Assembly: GCA_031835245.2 (NCBI GenBank)
Contig: JAVKOQ020000108.1
Coordinates: 124,001-167,896, forward strand
Source of the DNA: Balamuthia mandrillaris
Lineage: Eukaryota
Length of the DNA: 43,896 nucleotides
Direction: 5' to 3'
Part shown: in pieces, positions 22,513-35,300 of the stretch
Layout: the number at the start of each line of letters is the position of its first letter
How positions within the stretch are numbered: the first letter of the stretch is position 1
Notes under the pieces: generated by a model
Databases searched by the model: none
Seen by the model: only the letters and a program-made list of their open reading frames with translations
What the model was told of the DNA's origin: nothing
Position numbers and translations under genes: made by a program

Positions 22513-23264
22513 ATTTTCCTTTTTTTGCAGAGAGCACCCTATAAAGCAGGCGCAGGAGTGCTGATGCTTCAAGAAAAGAACTGGGTCAGCGCCAACTTTC
22601 CAAAAGATTTATTTCATGACCTCCGCGCCAACCCTAGCTGCGACTTTACAGCTGCAAGGGAGGGCCTGCTCCTTCACTCCAAGATTCTCACCCGTTCGGT
22701 AGAAGTAGAGGGTGGTCGCTTTGGTTGGCTGTATCTTGGCAGTCACAACTTTTCTGGCGTGCGTTTTATCGTTTCTGTTCATTCATTTTCTCACCCAACA
22801 ATCTACTCAACATAACCTTTAAACAGGCGGCATGGGGCAGACTGCAGAAAGGGGGTTCACAGTTGCACATACTGAACTACGAGATAGGCATTCTACTAAC
22901 TTATCCTTCTTCTTCTTGTTCTTCTTCTTCCTTCGCATCCAGCTCTTCCTCTCAGTCTTCATCTTCATCATCCGACAAGTGGTGGAAAAATATTCCTTTT
23001 CAAAGTCCGCCACCAGCTTATTCTTCCACAACCGAACCGTTCTTGTTTTGTTTTTGCATGATTAGATCGAGAAATTTTGCTTCAGCAACTAGATGTTGGA
23101 GGCGAACCAAAGCATCATTTCAAACTGGCCTAGAGATGGGAGGGCTTTGGGGCTCCTGGGGCAACTATGCTGACAAACAGGTCATTCGTTCTGTGGCCTT
23201 CTGGTGGGGGTTGGTGGGTGTTTGTGTTGTGGTTTGTTTATTTTTTGGTCGACCTTTTTTTTGA
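20539..23264 (+). CDS. TDP1: Tyrosyl-DNA phosphodiesterase 1 family enzyme with N-terminal SIM and three UIMs (multi-exon)
   Basis: Two HKN motifs: GCMHAK|VMILQYDDCLRVCITSANLTKEDW and LHSKIL...GWLYLGSHNFSG|AAWG...ILNYEIGILL. Also LVASVPGWH, YGHMRLR, YQ|MSSIGTL and LIYPS. The 3' end is uncertain: homology fades after PPPAYSSTTEPF (about 23040) although the frame stays open to 23264. Confidence 0.92.
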
Positions 23265-23632
23265 AGAAGAAAAAAGAAATTGTTACGCTCTTGATGGTCC
23301 TGATCAGCTTGCGTTGATGCTTGGAGCAGCAACCGCTCACCTCTTTGGCCTGTTGCCATCATGAACGAAGAAAGAAAACCATTAGGTTACACAAGAGGGA
23401 GGTAGAGATAACCACGAATAGGAAGAAGAAAAAAATCTTACAGGACTAATTTGCACAACGGAGAGCTCCTAGTCAAACACAATGTTGAAAGGAAGGAGAC
23501 AAGTAAGGTTCTGAGCGCTCATCTCGAAACTCAACAAACAGCTGGGTGATCGACCAACCGCATCATCGCTCCATTCATTTCTTTACTGGGGGAAAAAAAG
23601 GGGATTACAATTGTACAAAATCTGCTTGCAAA

Positions 23633-26283
23633 TCATTTAGTGTGCTTGAGCACGGCTTTCCTGGGTTGCACCTCAAGAGAGAGTTTGTAGGCGTCGTCCT
23701 CCGTCAACGTCGTGTGAACGTTCAACAAAAAGTCTCTTATGATGGGAACCGTTTTGAGGTTGTATGGTGTCTTTTGGTTTTTGGAGACAAAACCTTTTTG
23801 TTAGCAGACAAAAAAATAAACGTAAAATGAAAAGCAAACCTGTTGATATCTCTGAACCTCCTGAATGACTTCAGCCACCAAATAGCATTTGCGAAAGTTG
23901 ACGTGTTGGCTGTCCTGCAGGATGGTCTTGTTGGCATCCTCTATGAACGTCAAGTCGGTTAAGCTTCGCCCCAAGTAAGGGACAAGTGGAGGGTTAGCGT
24001 GCTTGAGGGCCTTTCGGTAGGCCCCAAAGTTAGTGTCTGGAGAGAAGAGGTCTTTCAGCTCTAAGTAGGCTGGTGTTTGTTGGTTCTTTGTTGATGTTTT
24101 GTCAGTTGGTGGTTTAAATAAAAATAAATAGAAATAAGGAGGAAAGAGAGAACCTTTTTAGCTTCCAACAGTCTGCTAATGGAAGAACTGCCGAAAGTAG
24201 CTAATATTTGCTGAGCTCCGTTGAAGTTGTTTAAATTACGACAGTGCTGTTTTAAAAGAACATTGTCAGTACCGTTACACGGATAAAACTTTGTATGACA
24301 AAACAATAAAGAGCAACAGAAGGAAAAATTGCTGCACTTACACGTGCTATTTTTACATAATGCAACAGGATGGCTTGTCTCTTCTTGGCTGATGGCTCTT
24401 GTACCACTTGCGCCACTAACCAGTTTACCATCTTTGTTTGGTTGTTTGTTTGGTTGGTTGGTTGTTTTTTTACGAGTAAAAAGGCTTGCTTTGGCCCGAG
24501 TGAGAAGAAAGAGACCAAACCTTGTTAAACCGAGTAACCATGTACATAACGTTCGGTGATCGTTTTGATTTCTCATCCGTTTGCCAAGCTTTCTCTACCA
24601 ATTCCTATTTTATTGTTTGAGTTGCTTGCTTGTTAGTAATCCTCATAGAGATAGAGAAGAGAGAGCGAAGGGAGAAGAACGTTCAGAGAGAGGGAAGAGC
24701 TCTGACAACGCAGAAACAGATAGAGAAGGAGATGAGAGAGAAGAAACATACATGAGGTTGAATAGCTCTAAAAATTTCGTATTCAATGAGCGCCATTTGG
24801 CGGGCTATTTCGATGGGCTTTAGTTCTAATAAGCTCTTTGGACGTTTATTTGGTACTTTGATTGGTTTAGGAGGAGGTTCGCTAAACATGAACTGAACGT
24901 CATGATCTCGTACCTATTTTTTTTCAAAGAAATGAAAAGATGAATAACACAAAAAATAAGCCAGAAGCAGAAGAAGCAGATCATGAGAGCAAGAAAAAGA
25001 AGAATGCGGGAAATAACTTACAGAAAGGCCTTGTAAAGCAGAACTAAGGATTTCAGAAACATGTTTCTCTTTTACTTCACTTACAAACTGTTCGAACGTC
25101 TTCAGTAACTCGGTTTCATCTTTGAACTCGTGCGACTGTTCTTTTGTCCATTTTTTCAAGAAAGAACATAACCTATAATTTAAATAGAGCAATGCATTGG
25201 TACAACAGATGGATAACTGAGAGAAAAAGAACACCTACCGTATTTGACAAAGTTTTACTTCTTCAGCATCCATTTGTACTGGCGTTGCGGTGGTATTGCT
25301 GTTTGACAGTTCGAAGTACTGCGATATTAACATGGAAAGGAGTTCAAGCGGCGACAGGAAAGATCTGTATGTAAGGCGGAACTTGGAAGAGTAGAGTGGC
25401 ACTGGAGGAAAGTTTAGTCAGCAGACTAAAATAAAACAAAAATACAACAACAACAACAACAACAAAAAAAAAAAAGGGAAGAAGAGATTAACTGGCGCTA
25501 GGCAGGGAGCCAGGAGGACATTTATAAAGAGCCTGCACAAGCATATCTTTAGTGGCGGACTTAATGATCATACGGTTTGGCATCAGCACGATAGATCCAT
25601 AGTCGTGACTTTCTAACGAGAGTTCGTCTAAATCCTGTTTCAAATGTCCATCATCAACAGAGTTCAGCAAAGGAACCAAACGAAAAGAAAACCTTTTGGA
25701 AACAAGCACCACAAGAAAAAACAAAACAAAACCAAAACCAAAACTTTAAATACCGTGAAAATTTCAGAGGCACGAAGAATAATTATCTCAGTCGCTCTAT
25801 AGATTGCAGTTGAGCTTTGCAAAGATGTCTCGAGGTCCATGTCATCCCGTCGTAAAATGTTAGGGCCAACAAAGACAGCAAGACTGTGAGCAGTCATCTC
25901 GCTCTCAGGCTCTGATGATACTTTGAGCAACAATTTCATCAGGTACTTGAGCAATGTGAGATGTGCAGCCGGCAGCAGAGACATCAAAGAAGACAGTTCT
26001 TCCAATGAAGTATTTTCTATCGAGAGAGAGATTAGCTTTGAAAAGAATGTGAAAGTTCAAAGGCAAAGGAATCAAACCATCAATATTTATGATGTTGTTA
26101 AAGAGCTCTATGGGAATGAGAGGATGAGGTAATTCTCGAAGATAAGCTTTCAACAAGTGAGCCACAATGTGAGGGTCAGTCAGTTTGAAAAAGTCAAATG
26201 CTTCGCCTATTGTTTGTTATGTTCCACAAAAAAATAAAATAAAAAATAAAAATAAAAAAAACTCAGTCATTCACGAAGAAATA

Positions 26284-26317
<34 letters not shown>

Positions 26318-28565
26318 TAAAAGAAAAGAAATAAAATAAAGGAACGAGTGGGTTACCTCTATTAATACTATCGATGAGTTTTCTGACTTCAGGAGCTGAC
26401 GAAGACACTTTGAACAAGCCTGGCGTTTTAGCTGAAAACAATAATTAGCAAAATCTGTTTGTGTTTTGTTGATCTAAATTTTGAAAAGAGAACATACCAT
26501 GTGCATAAAGGTACATGATGGCCTGCTCCACAACGAGCGGCATGGAACCATAGCACTCTCCAGTACGCAAGATATCTTCCAAAGCAACGCCAAACACCTT
26601 CTTTGTTTTGCTGGAGGCAGAACGCGGGCTACTCAACGTTTGTTTGGATGGCTCGGAGCCTTCTAAGGCTTCGTATGCAGAAAAATCTAATGCCGTCCGA
26701 GGAAAATCTGCAAGATAGTAGGTAAAGGAAATACAGAAGTCAGCAAAAATAACAAGGGAGAAGGGGAAGGGGTGGAAGAAATAATAAGAGACCTGTAAAT
26801 CGGCGAGCGTCTGGGGTACGTTCTCTTAAGAGATGTTGTTGAAGAAGCAGTTGTTGGTCTTGTAATAGCTTCTCTTGAACTTTCTGTTTGGCTTGTGCAT
26901 GGATTTTATCGGTAACAGTAAAGGTATCAACAAAAGGGAAAGCTAAAACGCTTTGATAGGCTGCTATCAATTCATTAACGCTGCTGAACTCTGGCCGAAG
27001 CTCATTCGTGCTACCGTGCACTCGAAAACCTGTTGCAGTAACATTAAATGCACGAACAAAAGCAGCAGAAGCACAGCAAAAAGCCAAAACAAACCTCTGG
27101 CAGTCTTTTCCAGCAGTGAGTGTACAATTTTGCCATTGTTAGCAAGATAGGCAGTAGCCAAACAATGACGCTGAGAGGCACTAAAGCGAACGAGGAAAGT
27201 TCCCGAGCTCTGCCCACTGAGAAATCGTTTGGTCTCATTTCCGCTGAGATCCCCAAAGAACCACTCTGCGTGGTGATAGCTCTTGGAGACAGGATAAGAG
27301 TCTCGCAGAATATGTCGGAAATGAGCCACCACCTCCAGCACCGAAGCGAACTCGTGAAAAGTGCCTCCTTGTTGCACCACGAATCGATTCACAGGTGTTG
27401 TTGTAGTTGGAGTAGCTGATATTGTTGGCGTTGTCGTTGTCGCTGTGGAGACAAGTAGATCCGAAAGTGGTTTTCGTTCTCGCTTGGAACCTTTGCGAAG
27501 TGAGGTCAATGGAGAAGCAATTCCTTTCTTATCTTTCTGTTTCGCTTTCTCTTTTTTGAGTCTTAGTCCAAGATCTGGACAAGAGTCGGTCAATGAAGAG
27601 GAAGACAGAGCTTTTCTTTCTATTGCATAGGCGGATCCCTTTCGCGATAATGTACGAGCCAACTTTCTCTTTTCTTTTTTGTCGGTTTTCTTTGTTTTCT
27701 TGTCTTTGACTTTCTCCTTTGTCTTGTCTTCTTGAAGTTCGTCCTTATTTTCTTCTGTTGGTGCTATACGAAAGGTTAAGGGGGTAAGAAAGCGAAAAAA
27801 TAAAAATAAGAAAACGAAAGAGAAAGCAAAGAAAAAGAAATTAAAAAAAAAACGGGCAAGAATGTTTTCAACCAGGTACAGGGGTAGGAACAGGTAGAGG
27901 TTTGCTTTCAATAGCGACGTGAATGATTTTGGAGCCAGAAGGATCCACTAGCGCGATGGCAAAAGTCCCAGGCAAGAGATCTCTCAGCCGAATGATGAAA
28001 GTGCCTGCTGGCTCCAAGTCTAACACTCTTTCTGCTTCATAGTGCGAAATATATCCGTGAAACCATCTATTTATATATTTGGATGGATAAGACGTTTGTT
28101 GAATGAAAACACAACACTAAATAACAAATCGTGAATGCAAGGTGAAAGGACTTACTCTTGTGAAATTATGGAACAAAACTGAGAGAGAAAAGAGAGTTAA
28201 GCTAAAGAGTGGTAGTAAAAAGAAAGAAAGTAAAAGAGCAAGAGGGAGAGAGTAATACCTCGCTTAAACAAGTATTCAGTGTTCCAAATCCTTTCAAAAA
28301 CTCTTTAAACTGTACAATGCTCACCATACCTGACGAAGAGAAATCTATTCGGACCACATGGCCATAATAACAATCATGGCGATTCAGTGGGCAGGTTAAA
28401 AGGAAACAAGGAGAGGTGAAGCTGTTGCAAGCTTACCTAGAATTTCTTGCAATCGTTTGCTTTGGGTTTGGTCCAGCTGGGGTGACAACGAACGGTTGCA
28501 TGCTTGTAAAAACTCGTCCCATCCTACCATAAACCTTGTTGGCTGTTTGTTTGTCAATAAGGAAG

Positions 28566-28602
<37 letters not shown>

Positions 28603-29950
28603 AGAGCCATACGCTTCTGATGCTATCCCAAAACTTCTGAATCTCCCTGTCAGCAAAGCACTGTGTATAGTCATGCTCTACGTTCTCCAATTCTCGCCAA
28701 AGGTCAGTGTTGACGCTTTGTCGTGTTATTTCACCGTCTTCATCCTCGCTTTCATCACTTTCTTCGTCCTCGTCCTGATAATCATTTAACTCATCTTCTG
28801 CCCCACTGATTTCAAATACATGTTGCAACCGTATGGTGGAAATTCCTCGTTTAAATACGTTCCTTTGTCAATAGACATAACCATTAGAAGCAATGAACAA
28901 AACACTTGCACAAAAGCTGAAAGAAACGTGAAAACGAGAGAACATGGTAGTACCTAGTAGGTTTGTAGTCACGGAGGTCGCCAAGCCAACGAGTATACAG
29001 AAATGTGACTTTTTGATAAAGTTTGTTGTTCAACAGTTGCATCTGCTTGCGTCTGCGAGGGCTGCCAAACTGAAACTCGGCAGGATCGATGTGAGCTGTC
29101 ATCTCGGCTAGCACTGGGAACAGCATTTTCACTTCTTCCACAGCTAGCAGCACCTTTCGTCTTTGTTTTTGAGCCTAAAAATAAAGAAATGCAAACCTCC
29201 TCTTACGGTGAGACCAGTACGAGAGAAGAACAGAACGACAAGAACAAAAACGCGAACAAAGAAGAAAGAAAGAATTGACAACAAGCAAAGGCCACAACGA
29301 TAAGAATAGAAGGAGAGAGAGAGAGAGAAAAGAACAGAAGCTAAGAACGAGGGAAAGGGAGCGACCTGTTCTGTATCAAGCACGGAAGTAGAAAGAGGCA
29401 AGGAGACCATCTTGAGCATCGCCTCATTAAACCGAAGGAGGACCTCCTGGGTCAAGACCCACTCCGCCACGCTATCGCCCCACGCCTCCTGCAACGGCTT
29501 CAAGCGCTGCAGTATGACGGTGCAGAGTGCAAAGCCGGCCTTGAGGTCCTCCGTGTAGAGCTTGCTCCAGTTGATCTGCATGCTCCTCAACACCTGTCGT
29601 ACTCCTTCTGTTTCTCCACTACTACCACTTCCATCGCTATTATTGGCTGAAGAAGGAGAAGAGGAGGAGGAAGCTAAAGGAGAGGTAGAAGTTGCAGCAT
29701 TGCCAAAAATAACGGAAGCTCGGCTGCTGGCGAGGTGAGTGGTGGCAGGGGAGAAGAAAGAGGGCATGGGGGTGAAGCTGCAGCGCATGCTGGCTGGTCT
29801 TTGCTGCGGTTCGGGCAGAGTGCCATAGCTGACGCTGCGCGTCCATGTGGCCGTGCCGGCGTTGGTTGGGGTGGTGGGAGAAGAGGCAGGACTGGCAGTG
29901 GTGGAGGTGGTTGGAGTGGAATGTTTGCGTAGCGGTGAAATTCCACTCAT
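23633..29950 (-). CDS. Multidomain signalling protein: EF-hand-like + SH2 + SH2 + RhoGAP + REM + RasGEF (CDC25)
   Basis: KFWDSI..VGWDEF..LDFSSSGMVSIVQFKEFLKGFG; SH2-1 WFHGYISHYEAERVLDLEPAGTFIIRL; SH2-2 WFFGDLSGNETKRFLSGQSSGTFLVRFS; RhoGAP VFGVALEDI..PLVVEQAI..DPHIVAHLLKAYLRELPHPLIP..LAVFVGPNIL; REM IIKSATKDMLVQAL; RasGEF EIARQMALIE, LNNFNG, PPLVPYLG..LTDLTFIED, VNFRK, YKLSLEVQPR. Stop at 23635-23633. Confidence 0.92.
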
Positions 29951-30517
29951 CTTTGGCGTTGCTTACTTTTTTTTCTTCCCTCCCTTCGTCCCCTTGTCTT
30001 TGTACAAAATATTTCTTTTCTCTTTTTGTGCCTTCTTCTTTAAAAAAATAAAGATGAAGAAACTAGATGAAGAAAGTCAATCACAAGTTCGATTTTTTAA
30101 TTATTTTTTGGAACGGAAACAAAAAGAGAGATGAAAACGTACTACTACTTCAACAACAAAAACCGAGCAAGCCTTGTATATTGACTCTCCCCTTCGTCGT
30201 CGTCCTTCAAGCTTTTAGGGAAGAAGAACTTTTTGGTGTTTTTTTCTTCCTTTCATTTATTTCGTATTCTTTAATTTACGAAATTCATGTCGACATGTGA
30301 TAAGATTAATATATGATTTTCGATTGGTCCGGATGGATGATCTGGATCAAACTTCCGGGACGACGTGGTTTCAATGTAATGCATTACGTTCGTCTCATTA
30401 TTGCCGAAATATATAACCGTCAACGAAAGAGAGAACAACCAACAAGGAAGTGGGGTGGTGGAGCGGTCTTGACCCGAACAGACCTGAAGGACTTCCTGGG
30501 TCTTGGTGGTGCGGATC
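29951..30517. promoter_or_regulatory. Probable bidirectional promoter between the RasGEF and DOCK genes
   Basis: 567-bp gap between divergent start codons (29950 on minus, 30518 on plus); contains the palindrome CATGTCGACATG at 30286-30297. Confidence 0.55.
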
Positions 30518-31845
30518 ATGAGCCACAGCGATGACAGCGGCAAGCGGTCCCTTAGGGGTTTCACCAACGATAAGCTGTTGGAGCTGTTGGAACGAGCGCA
30601 CCGGGAGGAGGAGGAGCTGCATCAGGCTTCCGCTTCTGCCGCTTCCCCTCGCGTGAAGAAGGACCAACCTCAAACCAGTCCAAGCAGAAGCTCTCCCCCG
30701 CAGAGGAAAGAGAAAGAAGCCGACGCAGCAAAGAATAGTAAAGCCGCAGAGAAAGAGAAGGAGAAGGAAAAGGAGAAGAAAGAAAGAAAACGCAAGAAAG
30801 AACGAAAGAGACCTCCTTCGTCTCAACCCCAACAACAACCTCCACAATCCAAAAGAGAAGAAACCAACAGCGGCGAAACGGACGAGGATGAATCCGACGA
30901 ACATGCGAAAGAGGAAGCCTCGACCTCCGCTCATGTACATAACAACAGTGCCACAAAAGACAACAACAAAAAGAAGAGTCGACAAGCGAAGAACGCTCAG
31001 AGGCCAAAGTCGTGGCTCCGCAATTGGAGCGACTGGGAGGAGCGGCTGCAGTCGGAGGCCGTCAAGAAGGACCCCCTTGCAAGGCTGCTGCTTACCTTCC
31101 CGCCGAACCCCATCGTCGTTGCGCGCTTACCCCGCGATACCTCCTCTTTGCCCGTACGTGCGTTTTCTTTTTTTTTTGCTTTCGCTTTCTTTCTTCCTTG
31201 TTACTTTGTGTCTTGTCGTTTCTTTCCATCTTCTCCTCTCTTATAGCTTTTTACTTTCTTCACCTTTCCACCATAAGGAGGAACTAAGTTTACAGCAGCT
31301 GAGGGAGAAAGGAGGAAAAGCATGGGAGTACGCCTGTATAGAGGCCTTCAGCAAGCCCTGGACCTACCTCCGACGAAAGGAGCGACGCGGCCCGTTGGTC
31401 CCCTCCACCTCAGCTGAGCTCATCAGCCCCAGGAAATTCGTTCAACACTCTGAGAGAAGGGACACAGCGAGGCAAACGACGACTTCTTCTTCCGAAGGGA
31501 ACGTAAAAAGGGATGAGAAGAAAGACAATAACACCAACAAGGAGAAAGAAGCGGAGGAGAAAGGAGGAAACGATTTGCTAAGCTTATTGCAGTCCAAGAG
31601 CGAAGAGCTGGAAGAAGGAGGAGGAGGAGGAGAGGGCTCTGCTAACAGTATAGAAGCAAGGAACGTGCAACCACCGAGCCGACGGTGGAGCACCGAAACA
31701 GGTGCTGCTTCCTCCAAAATGACATCGGAGGAGTGTGATGATGCAGAAGAAGATGAGGACGACGAGGAAGAGGAGGAACGAACGAATGACAACCGAGAAG
31801 GAGAGTTTATGTACTACGAAGAACTGAATCAGGTTTCTCTCCTTT

Positions 31846-31920
<75 letters not shown>

Positions 31921-32297
31921 CTCTCGCTCTCTCATGCTTATACTCTCTGTCTGGTCTTTCAGCACAAACAAAGCTGGAAGCGAAAGAAAGGATGCACTAT
32001 TCTTCCCTCTGCTCGAACAGTGCGTAGCCACAGCAACACCGTTTCAGGGGCTTATACAGCTCGACACACTGAGACTAGAGGTGGAGCACATGCCACAAAG
32101 ACTGACCTGATGTCCTCCTCTGCCTCTGCTGTTCCTACATTAGCCTCTTTGCCTTCTGCTTCTCCACCCTTTTCAACTTCTTCAGTGACGCTGCTTTCCG
32201 CCCAGGCCGGCTCCAGAGGCAGTCTCATGGTGTACCGTTCTCCTGTAGAAAGTGAACCGTTTGCTCCTCCTCTGTAAGTCATTTTTCTCTCTCTCCC

Positions 32298-32347
<50 letters not shown>

Positions 32348-35300
32348 TCTCACACTCTCTCTCTCTCTCGCGTCTCATCCACAAATATGCTATAACAACA
32401 ACAAATAAATACGACAGTGCTCAACGCTTGCTAGTAACATGCCAAGAGATAAGCTTCGCAAGTGGCAAACCCTTCGAACCATTGTTCTACTCTCTGTCCC
32501 TTCACGACCTCTTTACCCGCAAAAGGATCTCTGAGAGCTTTTACTTTGACTATAACGACCAGACCTTCAAGGAAGGGTTGCTAGCAGCTTCTTCTTCATC
32601 GTCCTCCTCTGGCAGCAAAAACACTATAGCCAAACAGACGGAGGTGCATAAAGCCATGTTTACGGTGCACAACCCCTCTTCCTCCATTTACTTGGTGCTG
32701 AGAGCGGAGCGATTGTTCTTCGATGGCAAGCTGGACAAAGATAACACGGAGAAACACTTTTATGTTAAACCAAAAGTGGTACGTGGTGCCTTTTTGTTTG
32801 TTGTTTGGTTCATGTCTTGGTTAAATGGTTTGCAACAACAAAGTGCAAAGGAAAAGGGCTGAAAGAGATCGAAAAGACGGTAAGCCAAGCCATCGCCAAC
32901 TACAAAGGAGAATGGGGCTCAGCAGGAATGCCCCTCCGACCATTTGCCTTTGCTTTCATCCCAATCTTTGGCGACAACCTCTCCCTTCGCGATCACAACC
33001 CTCCTACCACTCCTTCCTCCACTTCTCCTTCTTCGTCATCTCCACCTTCTACTTCAATCGCAGCAGCCAGTTGTGCATCAACTGCAGGTCCTACTCCTGC
33101 TTCCTCTCCCACTTATGTAAGTTTTGATGCTTTGGCAGGGACATCACCTTATCCTTCCATAGAGTCACCTAAAACAGGTCTCAGTTCATGCAACGTTCAC
33201 CTGGATCAGCTCATTCCAGTGAAGCCAGGCATGGACGTCGACGACGAGAGCATCTATGACATCATCACTGCTGCCGCTCACAAGACTAAACAGCAAGGCA
33301 ACGCCTCCTCCATTGTGGAAGCTGCCTCCACCATTAAAGGCAAGAAAGGCTCCAACATGGCCAAGAAGAACGTGCTCGCTACCATCAAGCTCAATATACA
33401 GGTTTTGGGAACAGATGACCGCCGGGAGATGGCTCCTGCGATCCTACATCCTCACTCTCTCTTGCCAAGAGAGGTTGGGGAACCTGCTTTGCTCAAGTTG
33501 AAAGCAGAAGCGGTACTACATGTTATTCTTTTTTTTCTTTTGATCTACTAGTTAGGCTTTAGAGCTGTACTTACCTCTCTGCGTTGCTTCTCTGCTAAAG
33601 TTGATCAAAGAAGTGGCCAGCTTCGAACCTCGGATCGAGTGCAACAGCAGTTACACGCATGTCCTCTACCTGTACCCCACATCATTGCGCTGCTTCCCTT
33701 GTACCAACGTTCTGATAGAAGTCTCTCTTCAAGAAAATGATCACCAACAGCAACAAGGATTACCAGTGTTCTATGGGAGAAGTTCAAGCTCTCTCTTCAC
33801 AACATTAGCTAAGTGTGTCGTCCATTCTAAAGATAAAGAACCAAACCTCTACGACGAAATCAAGCTCAAGCTGCCTCCTCGCCTACACGAAGGACATCAC
33901 CTCCTCTTCTCCTTCTACCAGCTTCACGCCTTGAAGAAGGACAAGGAGAAAGAGGAAACGGGTGGCAAGACTCTTCTTGGACGCACTTTCTTGCCTCTTC
34001 TCTTATCGGAAGCGAGGCTCTTGGACAATGGGAGCCTCACGTTGACTGTCACGAAAGATCTACAACCAGGTTACCTCAAACAACATCAGCAACATTATAA
34101 CAACGCGAAAGGAGAAGGAGGAAAGAAACTAAAAGGAGGGGTGGAAGAGAAAGGAGCGATGACGTTTTCGTTGAACGTTGTGGCTTTGTCCTCGTTGTAT
34201 CCGCAGAATGATGCCTTAAGCCGGTTTTGGAGGATCTTTCGAATGCCTTCTAAGACCTCTATGTTGGCGTCTTCTTCTGAAACAAGCAACAACAAGGTTC
34301 AAAGCAGGCCCATTCTTCATACAAACGAAACACCTTCTGCTGATCAAGCTCATGCTGAATTGGTTCGTCTTTCTTTTCTTTTTATTCTTGTTCTTGTTCT
34401 TGTTCTTGTTCTTGTTCTTGTTCTTGTTCTTGTTCTTGTTCTTGTTCTTGTTCTTGTTCTTCTTGTTCTTCTTCTTGTTCTTCTTCTTGTTCTTCTTCTT
34501 GTTCTTCTTCTTCTTCTTCTTCTTCTTCTTCTTCTTCTTTCTTCTTCTTCTTCTTGTTCTTCTTCTTCTTCTTCTTGTTCTTGTTCTTGTTCTTCTTCTT
34601 CTTCTTCTTCTTCTTCTTCTTCTTCTTCTTCTTCTTCTTCTTCTTCTTCTTCTTCTTCTTTTTCTTCTTCTTCTTCTTCTGCTTTTTCTTGTTTCTGTAT
34701 CTGAAACCTGTTATTTTGCAGGAAGCACTTGAAGCGTTGAGAAAAGTACCCGTTGCGACGCTGCTTCAGCATCTTCCTGTTATTCTCAACGAGCTGTTCC
34801 ACACGTTAGCTAGCACCACTTCTGAAGCTAACAAACAAGCGGCATTCGCCACAATAATCACTATTCTCAATGGGTATGTATAAGGAAGAAAGAAGAAAAT
34901 GAACAAATCGAATGGTCTCACACGTACTCATTCAATCAATTAGAGTGAGAAGTATGGCAAGCGGTACAAGCAAAGAAGCTCGTGATTTTGGGCAACTCTT
35001 GCATGACTATGCTGTCTTCATGTTCGATAACATGGCAGACAGTGCTCCTAGTTACGTTTACGAAGAAGTGTGCAAGTATTGGTTACAGTTGCTCAATCAA
35101 GCGGTGCGTATATTTTTTAGACTCCCTGTTTATGGTTTGCTCAGATTTTACATAACCCGCTATGTAACCTAACAGGATAAAAAGAATGTATTAGCGGGTT
35201 TCTCTGATGCTCGATTCTTGTTGGATATCATTACTAAGTCAATGACACTTAAGATTACTTGCACCGGTGAAATTGGTATTCTTCCTCTTCTCCTTCTCCT

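Noticed and set aside
34350..34883. ORFs of poly-F/L/V/E/R
   Set aside because: They are translations of an intronic microsatellite.
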